A stretch of 64,000 nt of DNA from Azolla caroliniana (GCA_043228905.1 JBHGNT010000004.1:20398001-20462000); one strand, 5' to 3'. Shown: positions 14,453 to 26,899, numbered from the stretch's first letter. Notes: generated from the sequence alone by a model not told the origin. Translations and numbers: made by a program.

Positions 14453-14522
14453 TGGCGTCACCCGGACTTGAACCTCGAACCTTGTAATTCATACTTGAAA
14501 ACCTCAACCATTAAGATAGCTT
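14453..14522 (-). promoter_or_regulatory. tRNA-derived Pol III A/B-box module in LTR (also at 16771-16840; related modules at 12883-12944, 19233-19295, 22229-22294, 22493-22558, 30411-30477, 35297-35366, 44123-44192)
   Basis: Reverse complement reads gcTATCTTAATGGTTgagg...aaggttcgaGGTTCAAGTCCgggtgacgCCA; tRNA-like A-to-B spacing; acceptor stem not intact. Confidence 0.7.
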
Positions 14523-14579
14523 ATTGTTATATGAAACAATAAAAGCTACTTCTTGTATTACATTGATTATTGTAAAAAC

Positions 14580-14668
14580 TCTAGATTATTCTAGAATGTT
14601 CTAGAATGTCCTAGAGCATTCTAGAACATTCTAGAAATCTCTAAGCTATTCTATAGGAACCTATAAAT
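14580..14668 (+). promoter_or_regulatory. Heat-shock element (nGAAn) array plus TATA box in the element B LTR
   Basis: TTCtaGAAtgTTCtaGAAtgTCCtaGAGcaTTCtaGAAcaTTCtaGAA: about 10 alternating 5 bp units, followed by ctataaata at 14661. Confidence 0.75.
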
Positions 14669-14903
14669 AAGCGCATACATGTATTCTCAAATCAATTCGA
14701 ATCAAACTGTCAGAACCAAGGATAAAAGATAGAGTGATGGAAGAAGGATAGAGAAGAATGGATGTATAAGATAGAGAAAGAAAGAGAATGGATACAAGAT
14801 ATGTAATGAGAGCTAAAGATACAAGATACAAGATACAAGATACAAGATACATCTAGTCGCGTTTCACTCGAGAAAGTTTACTGTTTCGGAGATAAACTAT
14901 GAG

Positions 14904-16748
14904 GTGCATGACAAGGAGTTACTAGCTGTGGTCGACTCATTCGAGCAATGGCGTCATTTTCTAGAAGGATCACCTCATCAGATTATCATTTATAGTGATC
15001 ACAAAAATCTCACATATTTTCAAACAGCTCGAGTATTAAATAGACGACAAGCTCGGTGGGCCCAATTTCTAACGCGTTTCGATTTCAAGATCATTTTTCG
15101 CCCCGGAAAACAACAAGGGAAAGCAGATGCTCTGTCTCGGTGTTCGTATCTAGCACTTCGACCTGGAGATCCGGCCTTTGACAATCAAAAGCAAACTCTC
15201 CTCGGGCCATCAAAGCTACAGGTAACAACAATTTATGCCACACCACTTGATTCTACCCTTCTTGACACTATTCGGCAACAACTTCATTCGGATGATTTTG
15301 CTAAGGATGTCTTAGCCCACTGTGGTTCAAGTCGTCCATCTTGCTCCACATTGCCAGGGTCATCTCAACATTATCAGGACTTCAAGTGGCAAGATGGTTT
15401 ACTCTTCTACAAGAATCTCCTTTACGTCCCCGACGGATCACCCCGACTTCAAGTGTTGGAACATTGTCATGATGCCCCCATGGCTGGACATTTTGGTATT
15501 TCCAAGACCATTGAGCTGGTGAAACGTTCGTTTTGGTGGCCTCACTTGCAAAAATTTGTCGACGATTATGTTCGCACTTGTGACACCTGCTGTTGCGCCA
15601 AAATACCCCGACATCACCCTTATGGCTTACTACAACCATTACCCCCTCCCAACAAGCCATGGCAGTCTATTTCTATGGATTTCATTACGGATCTGCCACC
15701 TTCCAAAGGCTTTGATACTATTTTAACAGTAGTGGATTGGTTCACCAAGATGGCACATTTTGTACCATGTGTAAAGACCATCAATAGTGAAGAAACTGCA
15801 GATCTCATTATGCGTGAAGTGTTTCACCATCATGGTCTCCCGAATGATATTATTAGCGATCGAGGTCCTCAATTTATCTCACACTTTTGGAAGCACCTAT
15901 GGGCAGGCCTCAAAATCTCTTGCAAACTCTCTTCGGCTTATCATCCACAAACTGACGGACAAACAGAGCGCACAAATAAGACGCTCGAGCAATATCTTCG
16001 ATGTTTCATTAGTTATCAACAAGATGATTGGAGTAAAATTTTACATCTTGCTGAGTTTGCATACAACAACACGATCCACTCTTCTACCAAAGTTACACCT
16101 TTCTTTGCCTACACCGGCAACCACCCTCGATGGTGTATACTGGATCTTCCCGAGGTGTCACGAAACCCTAGTGCGGCGCATCACCTCCACCGACTACAAC
16201 AACTCCAGTTCGAGTTATCGTCACATCTTCAGAAAGCGAAATCACACCATAAGACCAATGCTGATCGACATCGTCTTAAGTCTCCGTTTAAGGTTGGTGA
16301 CCGTGTATGGTTGCTTCGTCGTCACATCAAGACTACCCGACCGTGTGCTAAGCTTGACTATCAACGCTTAGGTCCTTTTGTCATCACGGCGCAGATTAAT
16401 GATGCAACATTTCGTCTTAACCTTCCTGCACATATGCGGCTTCACCCTGTCTTTCATAGCTCTCTTTTGGAACCTTGCCACACCTCTTTAATTCCTGATC
16501 GTGTTGTGCCACCACCGCCTTCTGTACAACTTGTGGACGGCCCCGAATACGAGGTAGCTGCTATTCTCGATTCTAAGATTGTGCGCAATAAGCTTTATTA
16601 TCTAGTTGATTGGCTTGGTTATCCGAGTGATCGCACTTGGGAACCCATCGATAGCTTTGGTCAACGACTTCCATCGTCACTACCCAAACAAGCCCGGCCT
16701 AACAATGTTAACGCCGACTTCCACTCGGCGTTCTCGAAGGAGGGATAG
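14904..16748 (+). CDS. Element B pol fragment: RNaseH C-terminus, integrase (HHCC, DDE, GPF) and chromodomain
   Basis: 614 aa ORF containing HDKELLAVV, CHDAPMAGHFG..CDTC, SMDFITDLP, SDRGPQF, QTERTN and YEVAAILDSK..YYLVDWLGY..TWEP. Confidence 0.9.
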   Translation: MHDKELLAVVDSFEQWRHFLEGSPHQIIIYSDHKNLTYFQTARVLNRRQARWAQFLTRFDFKIIFRPGKQQGKADALSRCSYLALRPGDPAFDNQKQTLLGPSKLQVTTIYATPLDSTLLDTIRQQLHSDDFAKDVLAHCGSSRPSCSTLPGSSQHYQDFKWQDGLLFYKNLLYVPDGSPRLQVLEHCHDAPMAGHFGISKTIELVKRSFWWPHLQKFVDDYVRTCDTCCCAKIPRHHPYGLLQPLPPPNKPWQSISMDFITDLPPSKGFDTILTVVDWFTKMAHFVPCVKTINSEETADLIMREVFHHHGLPNDIISDRGPQFISHFWKHLWAGLKISCKLSSAYHPQTDGQTERTNKTLEQYLRCFISYQQDDWSKILHLAEFAYNNTIHSSTKVTPFFAYTGNHPRWCILDLPEVSRNPSAAHHLHRLQQLQFELSSHLQKAKSHHKTNADRHRLKSPFKVGDRVWLLRRHIKTTRPCAKLDYQRLGPFVITAQINDATFRLNLPAHMRLHPVFHSSLLEPCHTSLIPDRVVPPPPSVQLVDGPEYEVAAILDSKIVRNKLYYLVDWLGYPSDRTWEPIDSFGQRLPSSLPKQARPNNVNADFHSAFSKEG

Positions 16749-19682
16749 TGTCATGAACACATGACCATTATGGCGTCACCCGGACTTGAACCTCGAACCT
16801 TGTAATTCATACTTGAAAACCTCAACCATTAAGATAGCTTATTGTTATATGAAACAATAAAAGCTACTTCTTGTATTACATTGATTATTGTAAAAACTCT
16901 AGATTATTCTAGAATGTTCTAGAATGTCCTAGAGCATTCTAGGTCTAGAACATTCTAGAACATTCTAGAAATCTCTAAGCTATTCTATAGGAACCTATAA
17001 ACGCATACATGTATTCTCAAATCAATTCGAATCAACACCAGTCTTTAGCTCTCATTACATATCTTGTATCCATTCTCTTTCTTTCTCTATCTTATACATC
17101 CATTCTTCTCTATCCTTCTTCCATCACTCTATCTTTTATCCTTGGTTCTGACACAAGCAAAGAGTCGTCATGGAGCATGCATGTGGCGAAGAGCTCGAAT
17201 TGATCTGGTTTAAGCAAACATTGAGATTGTTGATCATAGGCATCATCCCTTGGGCTCAACTCAAAATCCGACAGTCGTGAAAGAGAATCAACCTTCATGT
17301 TTTGTGCCCCTGGCCGAAAGACAATTTCAAAGTCATAGTCGGCTAAGAAAGTTGACCAACGGGCCTGTCGCCGATTCAAAGTACGGGTTGTTGAGAAATA
17401 CAATAAATTTTTATGATCTGTTAATACCTAAACCTGATGTTGTGCCCCAACCAAGTGAGGTCTCCACTCCGTGGAAGCTGCCACTATAACCGCAAGCTCC
17501 TTGTTGTAGATGGGATAGTTGATTTCTAGAGTTGTGAATTTTCGGGAGTAGTACGCCACCGGATGTAGGATGCCATCATCATCAGGATGGGATAAGATGA
17601 CACCAATGGCAAAGTCAAAGGCATCTGTTTCAACTTGAAAAGGCTTAGTAGGGTCGACGTGAAGGAGGACTGGAGCCTGGGTAAAAACTTCCTTGAGTAG
17701 GTCGAAGGCGTGGTGAGTAGATGGAGTCCATTGAAACGACATCCCTTTACGAGTAAGCTCAATCAAGGGTTGGACTATGACGGAGAACCCCTTGATAAAT
17801 CGCCGATAGAAATTTGCGAAACCAAGGAACAACTGGACATCCTTTACTCGTTTTGGAGTGGCCCATTCTTGAATTGTCTTGATTTTCCTTGGATCCATGG
17901 TGATGCCATGGGGGGAGATAACATAACCAATAAATTCTATGGAATTGCAATCAAACTCACATTTTTCTCTCTTGGCATAGAGGCCATGTTCCCCGAGTTT
18001 CGAGAGAATCAATCGAATATGGTGAGTATGCTCTTGAATGCTCAACGAGAAGACAATAATGTCATCAAGATAGATAACAACAAAGTGATCGAGATATTCT
18101 CGAAATATGATGTCCATCATATGTTGAAAAACAACTAGAGCATTGGTGAGTCCAAAAGGCATTACCTTGTACTCGAAGTGCCCGTATCGCATACGAAATG
18201 TCGTATTCCATTCATCACCAGGTTTAATCCGGACCAAGTTGTATGCTCCCCCACAAGTCAATCTTGGAGAAGACCTGTGCACAACGAAGGTGATCGAGGA
18301 GCTCTAGGATGAGAGGTAAAGGGTATTGATTACATACCGTGATTTTATTGAGGCCACAGTAATCCACACATAGACACAACAACCCATCCTTTTTCTTCAC
18401 AAACAAGATGGGGGGCCCAGCTGGTGACTTAGACGGTTGGATGAAGCCCTTCTCCAAATTTTCATCGAGATATGTGCGAAGAGCCTCTAGTTCTGGTTCA
18501 TGAGAGACCATAGATGGGCCCAAAGGGTGGAGATGTGCCCTCTTGTAGATCGATCAAACAATCATATGGTCGATGCTCCGATAAGTGATCTACATTCTTC
18601 TTCTCGAACGCATCAACAAAGTCACCATATTTGGATGGAAGCGAGTCCAGATTGGCTTTCATAGGAACCAAAGCTGGGGTACTCGATTATGCATCATTGC
18701 CCATTGAGATGGAGTGCATTGTGACTGGGGCATGAGCATCCGAGTGCATTGGTTCGAGTTGAATGGCGGAGTGCTCAACAGAAAACGATTCGAGCCATTC
18801 TGACACAGCAACATTGGAAGCCGCTCCAACCTCTGTGTGAGTTTGCGGTTGAAAAGTAAGTGAGTGGTTGTGCCAATCTATAACAGGGTTATTCGCTTTC
18901 AACCAAGACAACCCAAGTATGATTGGATGTCGCGGTGAAGTGATGAGTTAAAATGATAAGGCCTCCTGATGGGTCTTGAGCTGCAAAATGAGGGGAACCG
19001 TGGCTTTGGTGACTGCGCCATAGGAGAACCCTTGTATTTATACATGTTTATGGCAAAGGTGAACCCCTATATTTATACATGTTTATGGGCTCTAAATGTA
19101 GCCCATGCAAAGACTCATTTTCATGCACAAGCTTCTAGAATGTTCTAGCTTATGGAGCTTTCTGGAAGGTTCTAAAATCCTACATGTAGAATAGATAATC
19201 TACAATAATCTAGTAAGGTAACATGATTATGTATCGGATGTATTGGTTAAAACATATCAATTAAATACAATAGGTCAAGAGTTCGAATCATGACAACATG
19301 TCCATGACATCTGCCTCGTAATGACCGAATTTACCAAAGTATTTAGATTCCACATTGAACGTAGTTGTTTTGTTGGCTTGGTCCCACATTATTGCTCCCC
19401 CTTCTTCTAGACATTCCATCGTGCGTGGCAGCAACAATGTCTTGCCGATAGTAGAAATTCTGTTCGCGGGGTTGTTCTTGGTTGTGTCGGCCTTGACCGA
19501 ATCAGTGTCTTCTTCCATGACTATGTCCCCTTCCTCCATCTGAGTTCAAATAGAGCATGTGTCCTTCTTGCACATTGCTCCTCGTTCAGACGGGATTTTC
19601 TTCAACCAGCCACATAGATGGGAGATGGAAGGAGAGAGGATTCTCTCTTGCGTGGATGATCGACCTTATTACGTTGAACCGG

Positions 19683-20971
19683 TGTCGTGAAGATTCCGGG
19701 CCATGGTGAGAAACCAGGGAATATCAGAAGAATCAGCGGGGTGGAGTAAGTGCACTCACCCTTGTACAAATTGTGTAAATGATAGGGGCGTTGTTATGGC
19801 GCAGGACAATAGTTAATTCGGGACAGAGGATCCCATGTAATAAGGGATTTATCCCACATTGTTACGCATCCCTCTCATTGTTCTATAAGAGGAAGGGAGC
19901 GCCCCTTGTAAAAGGGTTGCCCATTTTGAGTCATAAGGGTATACCATTTTGGTCGAGGGTCATTTTGTTAAGAATTTTCTAGGGTTAGTAACTTCTTGGT
20001 AGTCTTCTTCTTCTCCTCCTTCTTGAGAAGTGGGGCGCCGCAGCCATGGTGGCAAAGCTCTATTAGGGTTAGGCTCTTCTTCTTCTTTTGGATGTGGCTC
20101 GGCTCGAAGCCAGGGGTTGTATCTTGCCCCTTTACATATATATACTTTGTCTTCTCTTCGTCGTGGTGTAGGGGTGCGTTGTCTCTGTTTTTTGTTAGGG
20201 TTTCAGTGCCTTCTGTGTGCGTGCGTAGGTGGTGTGTTCGGTTGTGGCAGGTGGCATGCAGACAGTCTGTGCTTTCCCCGAGTTCCTACTCGTTGGCTCT
20301 CAGCACTCCGTTGTCTGGCATGTCTGCGAGTGTGTGTAGGTGCTGGCTCTTGTCGCTTATGCAGAGCTTGCGTAGTAGGTGGTTCGCTAGTAGGTCTCCC
20401 TCCTTGGCGTGCAAGACCCCACTCGGTTCAGCGAGCCCGTGCGCTCCTTGAAGGCGGCTTGGCGCAGGAGGCGGTCGTTCTGGAAGAGGCGTGCCCTGCA
20501 TGAGGGTCTCGTTGCGTGGACGAGCCTGAGAGCTCCCCGACGAGCCTTAGGATGGAGGCTCCCTCTTCCCCTCCGTGTGGGACCGGCGTCGCAGCGAGCG
20601 TTGCGTGCGTGCGTCTCCGGTTAGCGTAGGGTCCGAGAGTGGGTGTGTGCGTGGTCGCCGGTGTAGAGGTGCCGGTTGTAACCGAGTGTGTATATGGGTG
20701 TGTGCATGTGTGCGGGCGCGGTTAACCGGGTCGTGTCCCGTGCCTCTTTTGGGCCCCTTGTACATACGGGCGAAAGGGGCAGCAAGGACGAGGGCGCGCT
20801 CTCTCGCTTCCCGTGAGGTTACCGGTCGCGTCCAGAGAGTATCCAGGATCAAACCGGCCCGCAACGAGGCAAGCTCTGGAAGATTCAGGTCCTCGGCAAC
20901 TCCTCCCCTCCTGGTCCATGACCTTGGTGGTCCTGCCCAGATCCGACATGCAAGCGAGGAAAATCGCGACA
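19683..20971. mobile_element. GC-rich solo-LTR-like insertion with CCGG target duplication
   Basis: Termini TGTCGTGAAGATT...TCGCGACA flanked by CCGG on both sides; removing it restores element E gag (..ICLGCLSPR|FNVIRS..). Confidence 0.8.
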
Positions 20972-21651
20972 CCGGGGTGATAGGCAACCGAGGCATATTT
21001 GCACCATTTCATCATTGTCAATGTTGACATCGATCGACCCAAGGGAGTCGCACAACTCCTTCATCTTTAAGGTGTAGCTACTGATTGACATATCCCTTTG
21101 TTGTATGTTGTTCAACTCTTGGCGAAGTTGAAGCTTTCGTGTGGTTGTGTTTGCCGCAAATATATTTTTGAGGTTCCCCCATGACTCTTTTGGCATTTTG
21201 GCCTCTCAGATTTAGTCGAACATGTGATCATGAATGCATGATGCAAGGCAATATAGCATGCAACTCGTTGCTTGCTCCCAAGCTGGGTGGTCGACATGTG
21301 TCAGGTTGGGTTGATTTTCTTGTGCTCCTTCAATGTAACTCCAATAGCGTTGGCTGACAAGGTATTAGTGCATCTTGTACTCCCAAGATGCAAAGTTATT
21401 TTTGTCGAGTTTCTCAGTATGAAGAACGCTTCCCATCTGAGTGTTCATGTTGATCGATTTGTGTGGAGAGAGTTTTCTTCTTCTTCTCTTGATACGAGTT
21501 GTGTAGATTACTGTTATAGTGATCCGCCGGTTCTTCGTGAACGTCGGTGTATACACAACACATGTGGATGGGCTTGGATTAAGCTACCAATCGCTCTGAT
21601 ACCATGTAAAGAATCGAATGTGTTTTTGTGCAGCGGAAGGTGTGTGTATGT

Positions 21652-21694
<43 letters not shown>

Positions 21695-22602
21695 ATAGAG
21701 AAAACAAAAAATCGTATTAACAAGAGAATAAGATAACCAAGAACTACAAAGAAGAGGAGAAGGTGCTTATGTAATCACGTTCTCTCTATGCTCTCTCACT
21801 ACAACCACCACTGTCAAGACTGAGAGAGAGAAAGAGAGAGAAAAAGAGATAGAGAGATAATTGAAAGAGAATTACTGTCAAGACTGAGAGGGAGAAAGAG
21901 AGAGAAAAAGAGATAGAGAGATAATTGAAAGAGAATTATTATATTGAAGCATAAAATGGATTACAAAGAGTAGGCTACAAAATGGCGTTGAACCAATTTA
22001 GGTTTGGGATGGGTGGTAGATCCCTATATATAAGTAATAGAGAACTCTCTAGAATATTCTAGGTTATCCTAGAATGTAGAGTAATCTAGAAGATCTCTAG
22101 AGTATTCTAGAAGGTTCTAGTGGTATAGAACACTCTAGAATATTCTAGGTCATTCTAGAATGTAGAGTAATATAGAATATTCCTATGATATTAGATTTCA
22201 TATTCTAGAGATTATACATATAAGAATATTAATACAATGGTTAAGGATTTGACATGTGTACAATAAGGTCGTGGGTTCAAATCCTTTCGAGTCATAACGT
22301 GAGTGTCATGATCCTTTCGACGCATGATGTGACTGTTATCATGACACTATCCCCCTTCTTCGACGACACGTCTCACGGGTCGTAGGGTTTGTATTAGGAT
22401 AACCTAGAATATTCTAGGTCATTCTAGAATGTAGAGTAATCTAGAAGATCTCTAGAGTATTCTAGAAGGTTCTAGTGGTACATATAAGAATATTAATACA
22501 ATGGTTAAGGATTTGACATGTGTACAACAAGGTCGTGGGTTCAAATCCTTTCGAGTCATAACATGAGTGTCATGATCCTTTCGATGCATGATGTGACTGT
22601 TA

Positions 22603-25600
22603 TCATGACACTATCCCCCTTCTTCGACGACACGTCTCACGGATCGTAGGGTTTGTATTAGGACCTGGTTTACAAGGATATTGGCGATGAAATGCATTGA
22701 CGAGTTCTGCAGCATTGGAAAGATTTGTGGCAGGTTCCCAAGTTCGATCATTGGGGGTATAGCCTAGCCAATCGACCAAGTAATACAACTTGTTGCGCAC
22801 GATTTTAGAATCGAGAACGGCAGCAACTTCAAATTCAAGCCCGTCCAAGAACTCGACAGGTGGTGGGGGTGTCGTAAGACGGCCCGGAATTGAACTTGTA
22901 GTATAAGGTTCCAAAAGGGATACATGAAACACCGGATGAAGATGCATGTGCGGAGGGAGGTCAAGACGAAATGCAACATCACTTATCTTACCAGTGATCA
23001 TGTAAGGGCCAAAACGTTGGTAATCCAATTTACTGCAAGGTCGAGTGGTCTTGATGTTGTGTTGGAGAAGCCATACATGATCCCCAATGCGGAACTTTTT
23101 TGAGGAGTCTAGACGATGACGATCGGCAAGCCTCTTGTGTGTAAATTGAGCATCGTGCAAATTGTGGAGAATGTTAGCTTGAATTTCTTGGAGGCGACTA
23201 AGACGATCCTCGGCAGCAGGGTTGGTAGGAACTTCTGGATGCGCATTCATCGTCCATCGAGGATGACAGCCCGTATTTGCGAAAAATGGGGAATATCCTG
23301 TAGAAGAATGGGCTGAGTTGTTGTAAGCGAATTCCGCCAAGTACAAAAATGCAACCCAATCATCTTGTTGATAGTTGATGAAACAACGAAGATATTGTTC
23401 CAATGTCTGGTTGGTACGCTCTGTTTGGCCATTTGTTTCAGGATGATAGCCCGAAGAAAGCTTAACTGAAATGTGGAGAAGTTTGAACAGGTGCTTCCAA
23501 AACTTTGAGATAAATTGTGGACCACGATCACTAATAATATCATCTGGCAGACCATGATGCTTAAATACCTCCCGCATAACGAGATCAGCCGTCTCTTGAC
23601 TAGTAATCAACTTTGTACATGGCAAGAAATGTGCCATTTTGGTAAATCGATCAACCACTGTGAGAATTGCATCAAAACCTTTTGAAACTGGGAGATCAGT
23701 AATGAAGTCCAAGGATATAGACTTCCAAGGTGTTTCCGGAATGGGAAGTGGTTGTAGTAAGCCATAGGGTCAGTGACGAGGATTCTTTGATCGACAACAT
23801 ATATCACAACTCCGAACATACTCCTCAACAAAATGACGAAGGCGAGGCCACCAATAGCGTCGAGAAATTAATTCTAGAGTCTTGTGAACTCCAAAATGAC
23901 CAGCCATTGGTGAGTCATGGCAATGTTGCAAAACTTGTAGCCGTGGGGGACCATTAGGAACATACAATAAATTTTGTCGAAATAGAAAACCATCATGCCA
24001 ATAGAACTGACAATAGTCATTACGAGGATTTTTCGACTGTGAGCAAGAAGCACAATCCGGGACGATATGATCCAAAACATCCTTGGCGAAATCATCAGTG
24101 GCCATATGATCTCGAATGGAATCAAGAAGAGTGGAATTTTCAAGAGCTGTTATGGCGTTAACTACCATTAATCGTAATCGATTAGGACCCAAAAGGATTT
24201 GTTTTTGATGCTCAAAAGCAGGTTCCCCTGGACGAAGTTCCATATAAGAGCGCCGAGAAAGAGCATCTGCTTTGCCTTGCTGCATCCCAGGGCGATATAT
24301 GATGATAAAGTCGAAGTGAGTCAAAAATTGCGCCCACCGGGCTTGTCGCCGACTCAAGACTCGAGCATTTTGGAAATAAGTCAGGTTCTTATGATCATTG
24401 TAGACAATGATCTGCTGAGAAGAACCTTCTAGGAAATGTCGCCATTGTTGAAACGAATCCACGATTGCAAGAAGCTCTTTGTCATGGATCTCGTAGTTGA
24501 TCTCTACAGCTTCAAACTTTCGTGAATGAAAGGCGACAGGGTGTAGTTGTCCATCATCTCCAGTCTGCGAGAGGACACTCCCTAGTGCAAAATCGGATGC
24601 ATCGGCTTCGAGGATGAAGCGTTTTGTTGGGTCGACATGTGCTAAGATAGGTGCCGTTGTAAATGCTCGTTTTAAGCTTTCGGATGCCTCGGATGCATCT
24701 GAACTCCATATAAATGGTTGATCTTTATGTGTGAGTTGAGTAAGCGGAAGCACAACCTTAGAATAATCTTTAATAAATTTTCGATAAAAATTTGCAAACC
24801 CGAGAAAACATTGCACATCACGCACTGAAAGGGGCGTTTGCCACTCTAAAATTGCCTGTACCTTCATGGGGTCCATAGCAATACCATTTGACGATACAAC
24901 ATACCCCAAAAATTCCACTTGATTCTGGCCGAAACTACACTTTTCTAATTTTGCGTAGAGACCATATTCTCGGAGTCGGCACAGTACTTGACGAACATGT
25001 GCATCATGCTCCTCTTGGGTCTTTGAGTAGATTAAAATATCATCTAGGTAAACTATAGTGAAGATATCAAGAAAATCTCGAAAAATATCGTTCGCCATAT
25101 GTTGGAAAACAGCAGGTGCATTCGTGAGACCAAATGGCATCACTGTATACTCAAAATGTCCATAGCGAGTGCGGAAAGCTGTCTTCCATTCATCCCCCGG
25201 GCGAATCCGAACTAGATTATATGCTCCGCGAAGGTCCAACTTCGTGAAATATTTTGCACCACTGAGACGTTCCAAAAGATTCGGGATTAATGGTAGAGCA
25301 TATCTATTTCGGATAGTCACTTTGTTTAGCCCTCGATAATCCACGACCAACCGAAGAGTCCCATTCTTCTTCTTAACGAAGAAGATAGGTGCACCAGCAG
25401 GGGATCTAGAATGTCGAATGAATCCGTTTGCCAGATTCTCATCAATATATTCCCGCAAAGTCTCTAGCTCTACAGGGGAGAGATTATAAATTGGGCCCCA
25501 TGGAGGTTCTTTCCCTGGTTGTAAGTCAATAGGGCAGTCATATGGCCGATGCTCCGGCAATGTATTGGCCTTCACCTTATCAAAGACATCTGAAAACTCC

Positions 25601-25683
25601 TTGTATTTCTCGGGTAGTTTAATATCCGCGTCACGTGAAGTGGATGATGGAGTTGCTACTATTGCGTTCTCCTCTCCCCTCAT
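22603..25683 (-). pseudogene. Element C pol, minus copy: RT-RNaseH-integrase-chromodomain with one in-frame stop
   Basis: ORFs 23770-25683 (YLDD, ADALSR) and 22603-23712 (DFITDLP, chromodomain FEVAAVLDSK..YLVDWLGY..TWEP) are in frame across a TGA at ~23770. Confidence 0.9.
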
Positions 25684-25688
25684 AAGCT

Positions 25689-26813
25689 ATGGAGTCCGTG
25701 AGCAAACAAGAATACATGCGTGTTCTTTCTGAGCTCGACATGCTCACGAATAAATTTGTGGCATTAGAGCATGAGAATCAAAGGCTACTTGGAGATCTAC
25801 AACACGTGAGCGCCGAAAAAGCTCAACAATATGAAGAGTTATCACAGCGGGTTCATCAACTTGAGGCGACTATATTGTCATTACGAGAGCAAGCGTCGGG
25901 GGCTCAGAACTCCCCTAGAGAGCCAAAGATCAGCCTCCCTGCCAAGTTTGATGGTACGAGGTCTTTATTTCGAGGCTTTTTGAATCAAGTTCGTTTAGTT
26001 ATTCAGCTACATCCCAATCGGTATCCAACTGATGCTGCTCGTGTGGGATTAGTGGGAACTTTGCTATGCGGTACGACGTTAGCATGGTTCGCACCACTTC
26101 TCGAGAAGAAATCACCATTGCTGGAGGATTTCGAGGCCTTTGTTAAAGAGTTTCAAGCTAGTTTCGGAGACACCGACAGAACTAGGACAGCGATAAACAA
26201 GATTCGAAGGCTCCGACAAGGAGATCGTCCCGCGTCGTCTTATGCAGCCGATTTCCGTCTCTTGGCATGCGATATCCCTTGGGATGAGGCAGCTTTAATG
26301 GATCAATTCCGTCAAGGTTTGAGAAATGATGTCAAAGATCTTCTTCTTACTTTCCCTGAAGATCCGAAGTCACTTACAGAAGCCATTAGTCGAGCTGTGC
26401 GATGTGATAATCGCCTATTTGAGCGACGTTCTGAGCGCCAACAAATGTTACGCCGCCAACCTGAACAGACTTACACTTCCGTAGTCGCAACGCCTCCACA
26501 AGTTTCTAGACCCATTACAAGGGATGGCCCAACTCCGATGGAAATAGAGTCAACACAACGTCGTGGGCCGTTATCAGATGCTGAGAAGCAACGACGTCGA
26601 GCGCATCGCCTCTGCCTGTATTGTGGTGGTCCAGGACATATAGCTGTAAATTGTCCACATAAACCTAGGCGTCAAGTATACCAAGTAAGTGCCCATGAAA
26701 ACCCTACATCGAGTTCTATTGTTACTTCTAATAACATAAATAAGCCTCATAGTCCATGTCATGAGAATAGATTCGATGTCTTGAGTCAATTAGAGGATGT
26801 GTTAAACGAGTAA
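25689..26813 (+). CDS. Gypsy Gag (Ty3/PEG10-like capsid plus CCHC zinc knuckle)
   Basis: 374 aa ORF: coiled coil, PAKFDGTR..RGFLNQ, LRQG..ASSYAADF, PTPMEI, CLYCGGPGHIAVNC. Confidence 0.92.
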   Translation: MESVSKQEYMRVLSELDMLTNKFVALEHENQRLLGDLQHVSAEKAQQYEELSQRVHQLEATILSLREQASGAQNSPREPKISLPAKFDGTRSLFRGFLNQVRLVIQLHPNRYPTDAARVGLVGTLLCGTTLAWFAPLLEKKSPLLEDFEAFVKEFQASFGDTDRTRTAINKIRRLRQGDRPASSYAADFRLLACDIPWDEAALMDQFRQGLRNDVKDLLLTFPEDPKSLTEAISRAVRCDNRLFERRSERQQMLRRQPEQTYTSVVATPPQVSRPITRDGPTPMEIESTQRRGPLSDAEKQRRRAHRLCLYCGGPGHIAVNCPHKPRRQVYQVSAHENPTSSSIVTSNNINKPHSPCHENRFDVLSQLEDVLNE

Positions 26814-26852
26814 GTCCGGCCAAAATAGGAGCCATTTGGCTGGACCATCCTA
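26801..26852 (+). promoter_or_regulatory. Putative -1 ribosomal frameshift signal between gag and pol
   Basis: G_TTA_AAC at 26801-26807, 6 nt spacer, 11 bp stem GTCCGGCCAAA/TTTGGCTGGAC at 26814-26845; the -1 frame stays open into protease LLDSGA. Confidence 0.7.
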
Positions 26853-26899
26853 GCTATGTAGAGTTAGTTCCTAGTCGTGGTTCCATTTCATCAAATCAA

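Larger units (their letters stand above)
14431..17153 (+). mobile_element. Tcn1-like chromoviral Gypsy element B (lacks gag/PR/RT), nested in A
   Basis: TSD CAAGC at 14426-14430 and 17154-17158; 3' LTR 16749-17153; 5' LTR has U3 at 14431-14705 then an inverted U5 at 14708-14819; the U3 copies are near-identical, so the insertion is young. Confidence 0.92.
12557..19309 (-). mobile_element. Tcn1-like chromoviral Gypsy element A (degenerate; gag and 5' R-U5 missing)
   Basis: 3' LTR 12557-12967; partial 5' LTR ~19025-19309; TSD tctgt/tctgc. Protease end, RT (YLDD; 17428-18523), RNaseH, and integrase with GPF motif plus chromodomain (YEVDKILD; 13126-14085). Confidence 0.9.

Noticed and set aside
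14453-14522. Functional tRNA genes in the LTRs
   Set aside because: Acceptor and anticodon stems do not pair; only the A/B boxes and, in some copies, the CCA remain.
19996-21042. Many overlapping GC-rich ORFs on both strands
   Set aside because: They lie in a GC-rich solo-LTR-like insert, which has few stops by composition, and show no recognisable domains.
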